From Histomonas meleagridis 2922-C6/04-290x (taxonomy: Eukaryota; Protista; Parabasalia): 64,000 nt of DNA. Shown piece after piece: positions 42,201 through 54,604 of this stretch; within the stretch, counting starts at the first letter, position 1, and each line of letters begins with the position of its first letter. The translations under genes were made by a program, and so were the position numbers. A model generated the notes under the pieces. The model was given only the letters and a program-made list of their open reading frames with translations. It had not been told where the DNA came from and searched no databases. The DNA lies in assembly GCA_020184695.1 (NCBI GenBank), contig JAANOX010000095.1:186001-250000 (forward strand), read 5' to 3'.

Positions 42201-44142
42201 AGAAATTATCGAGCCACATTTCGATGTACAAATTAAAGGTTTACCATTACAGAAAGTGGATAATTTCCAACCTTATACTTTAAATATTAATAATATTGAT
42301 GATCATATTACACCAATTTTCACTAACTTGGAAACGAACGTCGAAAAGTTAATGATGCCAATACAAATCATTTATGGGCAAATATTATCAGCTAAGTTTA
42401 GTTTGTTACAGAAGAAAATCGAATTATCAAAAACAAAATTCGATTTTGCATTTAATAACTTACAAAAATATTTCATTTGTTCCGAACATTTTATTTCACG
42501 AGATTTACATAATAATACATTAATATTGTTTTCACGTATATTGGAAAACATGTGTTTAACTTTGTTGTTCTATGAAAAAGAATTTATTAATTCACATTTG
42601 ATTATATTCGATTGGTTTAATGATATTCATTCTCTTATCGATATTAAACATCGAGTATCTACAACAGAATCACAAATACCGATAAATTCAAGTCTTGATA
42701 TAACAACTTCAACTTTAAGAAACCTTTCAAGCTTAAAATTCCCAAATTTCTTGGACACAATATCGAGAAGCGGTTTGAAACTGCCGACTACAGAAATTTT
42801 GGATGAGAATTCAATTGTCTCAAGTTTACAAAAAATTTACGCGAACGTTAAGCTGTATGAAGCTCAAAAACTGAAAGAAGATGAAATGCATGACGTTAAT
42901 CGGAAATTATGTAAAAGCATTGAAACTATCGCAGATAACAAAAGAAGAGAAAGTGAAATACGTATCCAGCATAATTTCACTTTCGATGAAGTGTTACAAT
43001 CTTCTTCAATGTGCGAAAATGTAGTTTTTATTGTTCATTTACATGATTCAATTTTTGTGTACTATCCCTATCGTGGTACCAAAAAACGTATTCCGTATAA
43101 ACCTTCGAAAACGACGTCACTTTTCACGCTCAAAGCAAACAAAGCCGATCAACTTTTTAAGTCGTCTTCGGGGATTTTCACATCACAATTCTTTGAAATC
43201 ATTTCAACATATTTATTTTCGGATAAAAAATCAAAATTATTTCAATATAATAGCAAAGAAGCATTACAATTATTCGAACAAATTGGGCAAGATTTATTTG
43301 GAGATATTATCAATAATGTTGATGAATGGAAATATGATTTAGATAATCATAGTTTTGGTGAAAACAAATTATTTGGCAGATCTAACAAAGGCCAATTAAT
43401 CTCATTAACAATACCAAATAAGCCTTTTGTATTTATTACAAGTAATGATTTAAATGCGTTACCTCTTGAACTAATGTTCCCACATCATCTTGTTGTTAGA
43501 AGTAGGTTTTATTCCTACTTACTATTACACCATGAAACAGGCAGCGAAATGCCGCAGATGATTGTCCACAGATTGAAAGGGTTTGATCCGAGTGAACTGA
43601 GAGACGATGGCATTCAAAGGAGTATTGAACAGATTGAGAGCTTTATTTGCGCGTGCGGTGGTTCGACGGTTTCTTCCTTGCCGGTAATCAGAAGGAATGA
43701 ACGTAATGTTTGCGTGGCATTTCCTTTGTTTTCATCAAATAAGGAGAACGTATACTATAGTACGAAATACCCATTTGCGGAATATATCAATTTGAACTTG
43801 ACATATTCAATTCCACAACAACAAACAGTTTCTTTATACGTTTTTACATACACAGACATGTGTGAAATGCCTCAAATGCTATCAGAGTATGTCAGACAAT
43901 GTCCAAACGCCTTCTTTATGTTCATTCCAACAAAATTTGTTCGGACTGCATTTGCAAAGATGACAGATATATTCGAAAGACAGAACAAACGAATGGAGTA
44001 CGTAAACGCACACAAAGATGATGAGGGTATAGAGTTAGAAAAGCAATTGGTGGAAAATCCATTCAATTTTATATTGTTGCTACAGGCAACACTAATTACT
44101 CAGTTGCAATGTCCGGTGCCAATTTATGTGCCGCTTCACTGA
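39253..44142 (+). CDS. Large TPR-like helical protein with possible degenerate CHAT/separase-like C-terminal segment
   Basis: 1629-aa ORF; TPR-like helices (RAAYLLFGETL...AVFHYTQSM; MGYAYLYRGIAL); PFVFITSNDLNALPLELMF resembles the CHAT IVPDGxLxxLPFE motif (inference). Confidence 0.75.
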   Translation: MKEQSKPLLGLKASPLPAFLGSNDSDDDEDIFCDDSDDGSLSFKKSPLLPPMETTPKPSKKPEETNQISSFDEALPKITLFLSTLDEYTIPEQYSGDLYFVPDHVATTENLSMKLQKLVNENIDEFDTELQNINISAQVSIVKYRTDKSIDLKEFITPNTDSRVLTIIYFLLSKTDNQKESLYYSIQAISEFVKSTEVAPISSLFEDFKIQTIIHKIAVCLIGLFPHHPILESVLNRLSRYDSSIPELFSFIQENDDDDDFDFDDDDDSFFESIQEMQQRPAPLMLQSRAIRENPLDNLQPAASKVFTVTVAEPPFSVTFCLTNGSSQLTPNQFVDWITALNSGNPIPIPIKKSRIDSNNNTCLSGTPNPPHDVSDENLSSNVEATEETILELFNSTPDSQMLLTTIPSQLPPNLFPLYYPLFQIANLSAIKPFKRGFIYPSLLENEYMAHQGLINGNIEEIQDAINNMLKRVPSDCNLKPIKPLTPKREFKTSEIEKENENLITALSLADIEIVLHGRSPFTLNQMSQEALIQIPYDRKWRSQALYYFYTEFLFHPYIIFRLAFSLAINVIEYDPSLACSFLFEGIYIFNLSYPSLCQNEFCRAAYLLFGETLDQIDCYYYSALLFDVYFLSNPQSTKFSNSIAQIAQRNRDMNRAVFHYTQSMKHFVDKVRCDEALYISQLITSIYGEYSLFSSSINLLSYLLQRSYKIMIGRRVDRIDSKNKTLPPVRPNEHSIKVFEPPASSINTMLTALHLANLFIKKQYFKHANNLLKTLKTVTTNQTILKIIDFVVTKRYYKKNKLNKFFQSISHLEIKSRKATLMSSVSMLSASKFDTSIAIIQLLILNYNSFRFFKNGVFWSEVLIQSLCKNHLKDMGYAYLYRGIALANGYSQVCCINGPISLHVTFSPLMSSIALYNRETLFNNISEYVSETLATLHIALTSFEKVGCIRKSIETMLIYLDVLLHYFLDPTFSGSAITIPPLEIIEPHFDVQIKGLPLQKVDNFQPYTLNINNIDDHITPIFTNLETNVEKLMMPIQIIYGQILSAKFSLLQKKIELSKTKFDFAFNNLQKYFICSEHFISRDLHNNTLILFSRILENMCLTLLFYEKEFINSHLIIFDWFNDIHSLIDIKHRVSTTESQIPINSSLDITTSTLRNLSSLKFPNFLDTISRSGLKLPTTEILDENSIVSSLQKIYANVKLYEAQKLKEDEMHDVNRKLCKSIETIADNKRRESEIRIQHNFTFDEVLQSSSMCENVVFIVHLHDSIFVYYPYRGTKKRIPYKPSKTTSLFTLKANKADQLFKSSSGIFTSQFFEIISTYLFSDKKSKLFQYNSKEALQLFEQIGQDLFGDIINNVDEWKYDLDNHSFGENKLFGRSNKGQLISLTIPNKPFVFITSNDLNALPLELMFPHHLVVRSRFYSYLLLHHETGSEMPQMIVHRLKGFDPSELRDDGIQRSIEQIESFICACGGSTVSSLPVIRRNERNVCVAFPLFSSNKENVYYSTKYPFAEYINLNLTYSIPQQQTVSLYVFTYTDMCEMPQMLSEYVRQCPNAFFMFIPTKFVRTAFAKMTDIFERQNKRMEYVNAHKDDEGIELEKQLVENPFNFILLLQATLITQLQCPVPIYVPLH

Positions 44143-44670
44143 GTTGTTTTTTAATAAATAAACAGAATTTTGGATGTGTTATAAATGCGCATTTTATTTC
44201 TTTATCTTCGTATTTTGATCTTCACATAAACTCAGTCGTGTACAACTGTGCATTCCAACTTTGATAGACAATTGTTGTTTTAAACAACAAAATAGAGAAA
44301 AATTAAGTTTTAACATGTTTATGACCGTTAAATAAAATACAAATTGGTGGATTCGTATATTACGTCCAATACTAATCGTATATGGATTTTGCAATATTGG
44401 GCTGTGATATAATTATTTCTGTATGTTAATATGTGCCTAAAAATTTGAGTAGTTCTATCATTAGGCATCATCATGATAAAAATTTTTGACTTGGGATTTG
44501 GAATATGCATCACATTAAAAATAAAATGTTGTGTTTTAAGTTCACTATATTCTGAGAAAAAATTATGCATTAAAACACAAATTTCTTGTTTCAAAAATGA
44601 TATAAAATTTGATTTAAATTAAATTGATCTTTCATCCTTTAACTTATTAGCAGTGTGGAAAAGTAAAAAT

Positions 44671-47637
44671 TTAGGGTTTGTGAACTTTTACTGATGATTC
44701 TTTACTATTGATTAAAATTATTAAATTACTAAAATAAATTTTAAATAAAACAAATAAATATTTTTAGCATTAATATCAATTCCTTCTTGTTCAAGAAGTA
44801 ATTTAACTATTTCTGTATATCCTTTTTTAGATGCATACATAAGTGCTGTATTAAATAATTTAAATAATTTCCAAATATTATTTTAAAATATCAAATTATT
44901 AAAATAAATATCAAATAAAACAAATAAATATCTTCAGTATTAATATCAATTCCTTCTTGTTCAAGAAGTAATTTAACTATTTCTGTATGACCATAACTAG
45001 ATGCATAAATAAGTGCTGTATTAAATAATTTAAATAATTTCCAAATATTATTTTGAAATCTCAAATTATTAAAATAAATATCAAATAAAATAAATAAATA
45101 AATATCTTTAGCATTAATATCAATTCCTTCATGTGCAAGAAGTAATCGAACTATTTCTATATGATCATTTAATACCGCAAGTCTAAGTTCTGTTCTAAAT
45201 AATTTAAATAATTTTTAAATAAGATTTTGATATAAGAAATTATTAAAATAAAATCCATATGAAATATATAAATATCTATAACATTAATATTAATTCCTTC
45301 TTGATCAAGTAGTAATTTAACTATTTCAGGATAACCATATAAAGATGCATACATAAGGGCTGTATAAAATATTTTTAACAATTTCCAAATATTATTTCCA
45401 AATATCAAATTATTAAATCAAAGTATAAATAAAACAAATAAATATCCATAGCATTAATATCAATTTTTTCTTGATTAAGAAGCAATTTGACAATTTCTGA
45501 ATTGCCTCCTTTAGAAGCTGTAATAAGTGCTGTGGTAAATAATTTAAATGATTTCCAAATATTATATTGAAATCCAAAATTATTAAAATATATTTCAAAT
45601 AAATAAAATAAATACTTTGAGCATTAATATCAATTCCTTTTTGATCAAGAAGCAATTTAACGATTTCTAATTTACCATTTTTAGATGCTAACACAAACGC
45701 TGTACAAAATAATTTAAATAATTTCCAAATATTATCTTAAAATCAAAAATTATTAAAATAAATATCATATGAAATAAATAAATATCTTTAGCATTAATAT
45801 CAATTCCTTCTTGTTCAAGAAGTAATTTAACGATATCTATATCACCTTTTGAAGATGCATGCATAAGTACTGTATCAAATAATTTAAATAAATACCAAAT
45901 ATCATTTTGAAATATTAAAATAATAAAATAAATCCTAAATAAAATATATAAATACCTTGAGCATTAATATCAATTCCTTTTTGAAGAAGTAATTTAACTA
46001 TTTCTGTATGACCTTTTTTAGATGCTAAAATAAGTGCTGTATCAAATAATTTAAATAATTTTCAAATATTATTTTGAAATATCAATTTATTAGTATAAAT
46101 ATGAAATTAAACAAAAGAATATCTTTAGCATTAATATCAATTCCTTCTTGATCAAGAAGTAATTTAACTATTTCTTTATAACCTTCAAAAGATGCTACCA
46201 TAAGAGCTGTTATAAACATAAAAATTGATCATTAAACATTAATTTGAATCATAAAATTATCCTAAAAAACATTATATCAAACAATTAATCATTTTTATAA
46301 TTAACATCAATTCCTTTATGTTCAAGAATATATTTAACAAGTTCAAAGTTTCCTGATTTCGTGGCGAAAAGTAAAGTATCTTTTGGAATTTGACTATAAT
46401 GGAGATAATAAATAACAAGCATTAAGTTTCCTGTTCTTGCAGCAGCATTGACAAGATAATTAATGTTTTGCATACCTTCTTTATCTAAATATGTTAAAAG
46501 CTCATAATTATTATTTTCTATACAAATTATTTTTAATTCAATGAACTTTTTCTCTTTAATGTTTTTAATTGACAATGTATTAAAAACATTAAAATCAAAC
46601 TTATAATTATAATCAATATCTTCAGAGTAATATTCATCATTAAGTTCAGACCCTACTTGGATTTTTTCATAAACATATTTAAAGATATTATTTTGATGGA
46701 ATTGAATTGCTGTTTCATATGCATCTTTAAATGTTGAATGATTTTGTTCACATAAATGAATGATTTCTTCATTTCCACCAGCAACTGCATATTTACCTGT
46801 ATTATTTACTTTTGCATTATTCATAAGTAAATATTTAAAACATTTAACTGATGAAAAAAACGCTGCATAATCAATTAATGAAACATTATATTTATTAATA
46901 AATGAACATCTTTCATAAAGTGATGGTTTAATTTTTTGGTTAAAATCAAAATTTGCTTGTGATGATATTTCTTGAAGTTTTTCTATTTCATCATTTCGAA
47001 TTATTTTTGCAATTTCATTTGGATTAACTCCTTCTTTAATTAATTTCTTATGAAGTTCAAAGTTATTTGCTGAAAGTTTATCATAATCATTTATTGCTGT
47101 GCTACTAAATGGGTCATAATCAGAAAGATCAGAAGGGTTCGTTTTAAGAAGGTGTATAAAATAATATGATCGAATGTTTTTAAGAAAATTTATATCAATT
47201 AATTCCTGTTCTATCATTTTATTAAGTAGATAATATGATTCACTCTCTTTAAATTGAGTAATATATCTACCAAATGTTTCAACGAGTTTAGGAATGTTTT
47301 GTGTTATTTCTTCTTCCTTAGTTTGAACTTCCTTCAAATACTTAATATGTAAATCACTTTCACCTTTTCGTGATTTAAAAGCAGAGTATATTAAACCACA
47401 AATCACATAATTGAATGTAAATGGGTTTTTTAAATCAAATAAATCCATAGTTCGTTTAATTGATAAATCATAATTTTCTTGGGTTAACTCAAAAATTATT
47501 TCCGTGAGAGAATTTAATATTTGATAACATAATGATTTAGTATTTGATACATTTTCTGTCTTTGAATTATTTGTAGTGTTGAACATACTTGAAAAGATGA
47601 AAATTGGATTTGAATGAAAACGATTAAAGGGTACCAT
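44671..47637 (-). CDS. DUF3447-type + ankyrin-repeat protein interrupted by 17-nt spacers (nine full hairpins plus a degenerate tenth)
   Basis: ORF 47637-46285 carries IDYAAFFSSVKCFKYLL and KYAVAGGNEEII. The ankyrin array continues to about 44679; removing 8 x 68 + 72 nt keeps the frame (736 codons from ATG 47586 to 44762). The 3' end is uncertain. Confidence 0.78.
44679..46293 (-). repeat. 170-nt tandem array (ankyrin + 4 x 17-nt spacers)
   Basis: Hairpin first codons at 46293, 46123, 45956, 45786, 45616, 45446, 45276, 45106, 44932 and 44762. One unit is 167 nt (33-aa repeat) and one is 174 nt (21-nt spacer). Confidence 0.92.
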
Positions 47638-48039
47638 TCGGATAAACTAGTCAATTAATTTCTGTCACTTTTTACCTGCTGCCAAAAAAATAATAAAAAG
47701 AAGCTAAAAAATATTTTCAATAAAAATAATAAACTGGAACTGAAAAGCTAAGGATTACATTCATTAGATTTTTCATCATTTTATGATCAAAGAATAATCG
47801 TAGAAGCGAATCTTACAAAATAATAATTTTTATTTCCTACACGTAAAGTATTCAAATAAACTACTTTTACAATAGTTTTTAATCGTAATTTCTTGGAGTA
47901 TTTTCACTATTTGAGTATATTCCGACAATGTTTTTGTTTGAATATATATTTCATCAAATCGTTTCGATATTTTTTCATATTTTGTTGAAAATTATGAGAT
48001 GGAGTGACAAGGAAAAATATATTATTATCATTAAAAAAA

Positions 48040-48447
48040 ATTTTTATTCATCACTTTCTATTATGAATGTATTTTATTTCGATGCTATTTCTTCGATGAT
48101 TTCGTTATTTATTTTCATTCCCTGTTTTTCTGAAAACATGAAGATTTCTCTATGCATTTTTTTTTCAATATATTAATTTTTCTTCACTTAAATTACAATT
48201 ATCCTTATTTTCGATATAGAAATTCGATTTTTCTGTCATTAACTTTTCGAATTTCATTATCATAAATATAACGAAACATTTCATTTCGATGAAATTCTAT
48301 TTCTTTTTCATATGCATCTGTAAATGATGAATTATTTTGTTCACATAAATAACTAATTTCTAATACTGCATTATTTATTCTTATCATGAATTTTATCAGA
48401 ATTCCAAACATAACCCGTTCCATCTGAAGGGAATTCCAACGTTTCAT
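48040..48447 (-). pseudogene. Relic of the DUF3447-type N-terminal region
   Basis: ISYLCEQNNSSFTDAYEKEIEFHRNEMFRYIYD aligns with IIHLCEQNHSTFKDAYETAIQFHQNNIFKYVYE of the 47637 gene; stop codons downstream. Confidence 0.65.
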
Positions 48448-48529
48448 AAACCAACTTTAACTTTATTCTATTTTCTGGAAATCATTTCAAACAGCAAAAT
48501 TACAGCATATCAATTTTATTTCATTATGT

Positions 48530-51500
48530 TTACAGCTCAGGTATTGGACATGTGAACTCACTGAATCTGTCCAACTTTTTACCCCTTTTCTTTATGACTA
48601 TTATTACGATGACCACTATCACTATTGCGACGACCGGAATTGTTACTCCAAGCGCGATTGCCAATGTATTTGATTTCGCTATTTCTTCGTTAGAAGGACA
48701 AGCATCGTTAAGTCCGACAATCAAATTCAAATCGCAAACGAAGTCAAAGCATAAGTTGCATCAACGTATGCATTACTTGTAGAAATGTTTTCAAACGCAT
48801 TCTTTTCGAAGGCTGGTGGCTGTACTCCATAATAATAAATGCATTTAAGTGACAAACAATTACAAAATGCATTTTCGCAAATGTTCTTTACGCCAGATCC
48901 TAAAATTATTGTAACCAATGATGTGCAATCTGAGAATGAAAATTCTCCGATTCTTTCTGTTGCGTTTGGAATGTTAATTGAGATCAATGAAGTACATTTA
49001 TAAAATGCTGATACTCCAATTGATTTAATTGTTTCACAAAGTATAATATTTTGTAATGTATTACATTCATTGAATAAATTGTCATTAATTGTATCAAGTT
49101 TCGATAATGATAAATTAACTGAAGTAATTTGTGTTTCATCAAATGAATCAGTTTCTATGTATATAAGTTGTGGTGGCGATTGGTAATAACCTGTTTTATT
49201 TGCTGGGAATGATACTAATGTTGTGAAGATCTTATTATATAATACTTTATCGTTTTGATAGTTTGCAAAATATGGATTCGTTGGATCGACTTCAATTGAT
49301 GTAAGTTTTGGACAAGATTTAGTAATACATTGTCCAATGCCTTCTACTGTTGATGGTATTTCAAGTGTTACTAAATTGGTACAATTAAAGAATGCATATG
49401 ATGCAATACTTTTGAGATTTGAGGGAAGTTTAAGTGTATCCAATGACGTACAACTTGCAAATCCGTACCATCCAATTGCTGAAAGGTTTTTATTAAATGT
49501 AACTTTTAAGTTTTCACATCTAGAAAATGCATAATCTCCAATCGTTTGCAAATTTGTTGGAAGTTGGATTGATCGGATTGAAACGCATTGATAAAATGCA
49601 TGTGAATTAATTGTTATTAATTCTCCTTCAAGGAAATTAACTGTTTCTAAACTTTCACATTGATAAAATGTATGTGAATTAATTTTCTGAAGTTTAGATG
49701 AAAGTGTAATTGAACTTAATTTAGAACATTGATAAAATGCATATTCACCAATTGTTTCTATATTTTCTTTAATTATACAATTCATTTCTTTACAATTATA
49801 GAATGAATAATTACTAATAGTCTTCAAACTTGTTGGGAATGTCATTGATTTAAGTGCAACGCAATTATAAAATGCATATTGAAGTATTGTTTCAATATTA
49901 TCTGTAAGTGGAATACTTTCTAATTTATTACATCCTGAAAATGCATAAGCGCCAATATTTTTTATAGTGTTACAAAGTGTTATACTTTGTAAATTATAAC
50001 AATTTTCAAATGCGCCATATGAAATTGTTTCGATTTTAGATGATGATAAATCAACTGATGTAATTCCTGAGTTTGTAAATGCAAATTCTTCAATTCCAAG
50101 AAGTTGTGCTGGCGTTTTATAAGAACCTGTTTTCTTTGGTGGGAAAGACATTAATGATGTTAATTGTTTTTTATATAAAAAGCCATCATTTTCATAATTT
50201 GCATAATTTAAGTTTGATGAGTCAACTTTAATTGATGAAAGTGATTTACATTCATTGAAAATACCTTTTCCTATACTTACAACTGATGCAGAGATTGTAA
50301 TATCTGTTAAACTAGTACAATTATAAAATATATAATTACCAATATTCTTTAGATTTGTTGGAAGTAATATTGTTTGATTTGAAGTACAACCACAAAATGC
50401 AATATCTTCAATAGTTTCAACACTTTTAATTGTGACTTGTAAATTGATACAATTATAAAATGCAAAAGAACAAATCGTCTTCAAATCTGATGAAAGTGTA
50501 ATTTCACTAATTGAATTACAATTATAAAATGCATATTTACCAATTGTTTCTTCATTTCCATTAAATGTAACTTGTAATTTCTTACAATTATAAAATGTAT
50601 AATTTTCGATGTTTCTCAAATTTGTTGAGAATGTAATTGATTGAAGTGAATTACATTCATAAAATGCATATGATCCAATAGTATTAACATAAGGTTTAAT
50701 TGTTCCTTGCATAACTTTACAATTATAAAATGCATAGTTACCAAATATAATGGAAATGAAAATGATTCAAGTGAATTACATTCGAAAAATGCATAATCAT
50801 TAATCGTTGTTAAAAATTCTCCTGAAACTGAAATTGTTTTCAAGTTTATACAATAAGAAAATGTAGATGAATTAATTGCTTGAAGTTTTGATGGAATTGA
50901 AATAGATGTAAATTTAACACAATATGCAAATGCAAATGTACCAATAGATTCAATGTTATCTGTAAGTTTAATATTTCCTAACTTTTTACATAATGTAAAT
51001 GCATATGATTGAATAGTTTTAATCGTGTTATATAGTGTAATACTTTGTAAATTAATACAATTTCCAAATGCATATTCTCCAATTGTTTCAATTTTAGAAA
51101 ATGATAAATCTACTGATACAATTGGTGTAGAGAAAAACGCATACGCACCAATTTCAATAAGTGGTGATGGTGCTTCATAATTACTTCCTTTGTTTGGTGG
51201 GTATAAAATTAATTTATTTATATTTTTGTTATATAAAACGTCATCATTTCCATAATTAGAAAAATATGAATTTGATGAGTCAACTTTAATTGATGAAAGT
51301 GAATTACATCCAACAAATACATTTGATTCAATATATTCAACTGATTTTGGAATTGCAATAGTTGTTAAACTCGTACAATCACAAAACGCAAAATTGAAAA
51401 TAGCAATTAAACTTGTCGGAAGTGTAATTTGTTGAAGTGAAGTACATCCCAAAAATACATAATCAAAAATTATTTCAACAGTATTTGGTAATTCAATATC

Positions 51501-54366
51501 ATTTAACTTAATACAATCAATAAATGCAAAGGATCTTATTATTTTCAAAGATCCTTCAATAAATATAACTTTAGTTAAGCTACTACATAATGAAAAAGTA
51601 TTCATGGAAATTTCTTGAACTTTAGAAGGAATTATAATAGATGATAACTTAGAGCAAAAACCAAAAGCATAATTACCAATTGAAGAAACACTTTCTCCGA
51701 GTTTAATTGATTCTAAATTCAAACATCCATTAAATACATAATCTCCTAAAGAAATAATTTTATTAGGAACTTCAAAACTTGTAAATTTAATACAATTATA
51801 AAATTTCAAATTTGAAATTTGTGTTACATTTGTACCAAATACTATTTGACTTAATGAAATACAATTATAAAACGTATAATCAGGAATTGTTGCAATTTGA
51901 TCACCAATTTTAACAGATTGTAAGCTTGAGCAATTATAACAGATAGAACTTCCAATTGTTTTTACAGAATTTGGAATTTCTATGCTTTGAAGTGATATAC
52001 AATCAGCAAAAACATAATTACTAATAGTTGTAACTTTTGAAGGAATTATTATTTGTGTTAAAGATTCACATTGTGAAAATGCATAGTAATCAATTGTTAC
52101 TAAATTTTCACTTAATTTAATTTCTTTTAATTGAGTACATCTCGAAAATGCAGATGATTTAATTGTTGTAACAAGATTTGGAATTGTAATTCTTTCTAAA
52201 TTAGCACATGATGAAAATGAAAGAGTTCCAATATCTGTAACTGTTTCAGCTATATCAAAATGTGAAAGTGAACAATTAAAAAATGCTGCATTACCAATTA
52301 TCTCTAAATTTCCTTTAGTTATAACTGATTGAAGTGAATAACAATTCGAAAATGTATAATCATTAATTATTTTAATTGTTTCAGGTATTGTACATTTGGT
52401 CATTTTTTCGCAATGTTCAAAAACATGTGAACCAATTGTTCGTGTGCTATGTGGAATGTTAATTTCAGTCAAAGATGTACAATAATAAAATGCATAATCA
52501 TCAATTAAACTCAAGTTTGTATTTAATGTAATATCCTTTAAACTTGAACATTGATTGAAGCAAAAAGGAGGAATTGAACCTAATTTTTCACCAATAATAA
52601 TTGATCTAAGTGATGAACACAATTCAAATGCATGTGTTCGAATTAATGTAATTGAATCAGGAATAGTTACACTTGGTAATTTATTACATTCCGCAAAACA
52701 ATAAGACCCAATAATATTAATAGAATCAGTTAATGTTAATGATGAAATTTCTCCACATTGATAAAATGCATAATTACCAATTGTTATAATGTTTTTGCCA
52801 AATTGAACTGTCTGTAAACCTGATAAATGGAATGCATAATCATTAATCTTTGTAATATTGTCAGAAAATACGAAATTCCTTAATGCGTTACAATTTTCAA
52901 ATGCATTATTTCCAACAGTATTAAGATTAATTGCTCCTTTTATTGTTTGTATATAACTTTGATTATTAAATGCATATTCATCAACAGTAGTAATTGTATC
53001 AATGATTTCGAATTCAATGTTTTTATTTGCCATTGGATAATAAATAATAGAAGTCAAAGTATTATTAGATCTTCGATAAAGTACTCCATCATTATCATGA
53101 TTCGAATATGCTTTATTTCCTTCTTTAACAACTTCAAGATTAAGACATTTCCAAAACACATTACCAGATGTTATGGGTTGAACTGATGCTGGAATTGTGA
53201 TATTTGTTAAAGCATAACATGAATCAAATGCATGTTGATTTATAGTTATAATAGATTTGCCAAGTAAAATAGTATGAAGTTTATAACAGCATGCAAAACA
53301 ATATTGGCCAATTGTTGCAACATTATCTCCAAATATAGCAGTTTCAATGTTAGAACAATATTGAAATGCATAATCCCCAATAGAAGTAACATTATTTAAA
53401 AATGTTGCTGAAGTTAACATTTTACAATTATAAAAAGCATAATTATCAATGGTTCTTAAATCTTTTCCTAAGTAAATACTTGTAAATAAACAATATTCAA
53501 ATGCATTTGCAGAAATTGTTATAATTGAATCTGGCATTGTAATATTACGCAATGAAATACAAAATGAAAATGAATATTCTCCAATTTGAAGCATTGTAGA
53601 TGGAAGTTGCACATCAATTAAACTAGTACAATATTTAAAAGTTGATGATTTAATTTCCTTAATTGGTTCTGGTATTGAAATATGTTCAATTTTAGAACAT
53701 TCGTAAAAAGCGCTTTCACCAATTCCAGTTACAGAAGTCGGAATTGTAACATCTGTTAAATTACGACATGAATAAAAACATGAAACACCAATAGATACAA
53801 CAGTTTGAGGAAATTTAAATTCAACTAATGAGTAGCATGAAGAAAATGCATATGAACCAAGCTTTTTAATTTCTCCTTGGTAGAGAAGGGTATGCATATT
53901 ATAACAAGAACTGAAAGCTCTATCACCGATTATAGAAATGAGGGGACCAAGTGTGCATACCTCAATACTTACATACTCTTGTGTCAACATATTTAGTTAT
54001 TATGTTGATTTCAGTTTTATTGGTATTTATTGTGTGGTTTTTAATATTAGTGCTTGAAAAACAATAAGAATCCATTGCTTCAAGATTTTTGCTAATGACT
54101 AAAGTGGTTAAGCTAGTGCAATATTCGAAAGCTTGATAACCAATTGAAACAACTGTGTCTCCTATATCTACTGATTCAAGTCTCGCCCAATCCCGAAAAG
54201 CATTCCTACCAATTGAGGTTATGTTTGGTTGAATGATAATATGCTTGGTTACGTCTTTATAAGTATCGTATTGTCCATCTGTAATTGTAGTTCCAATGTT
54301 AATAATTAACGTGTCTGAAGCACTTAAAGTGAATGAAAGCAATAATAAAAAAGTCAGTAATTTCAT
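48530..54366 (-). CDS. Large BspA-like LRR_5 surface protein (signal peptide, more than 60 repeats, TM, short tail), split by three frameshifts
   Basis: ORFs 54399-53962, 53990-50616, 50712-48727 and 48730-48530 join into MKLLTFLLLLSF...(IGxYAFxxCxxL)n...IALGVTIPVVAIVIVVIVIIVIKKRG. Could be a pseudogene or contain assembly errors. Confidence 0.85.
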
Positions 54367-54604
54367 TTTTGCTATTGCAAAGCAATGAAGGTTCAACAAA
54401 AAAATAAAATAAAAATATTGAGAAGAACAAGCGGTTATCGAATGTCGGTTAAACCGCTCAAAATATTCAATTTGATATAAATCACTTTTTTTATGAGGTT
54501 TATTTGGTACGTAATTTTTGAAGAAAAATGATATTTTTTCATATCAAATGTCTCAACTCTTTCCACTTTTTAATGAATTTATTCTCAGAAAATATTATAC
54601 GAGA

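Noticed and set aside
44850-44890. RNA hairpin (AAATAAT...ATTATTT) or Sm-site-like ATTTGG around the Gly codon as the recognition signal
   Set aside because: The pairing is weak and not conserved in other units; TTTGG is explained as spacer end (TTT) plus Gly codon (GGN).
44679-46293. CRISPR array or non-coding satellite
   Set aside because: The 170-nt unit contains a clear 34-aa ankyrin coding segment continuous with an upstream ORF; there are no short identical repeats with unique spacers and no cas genes.
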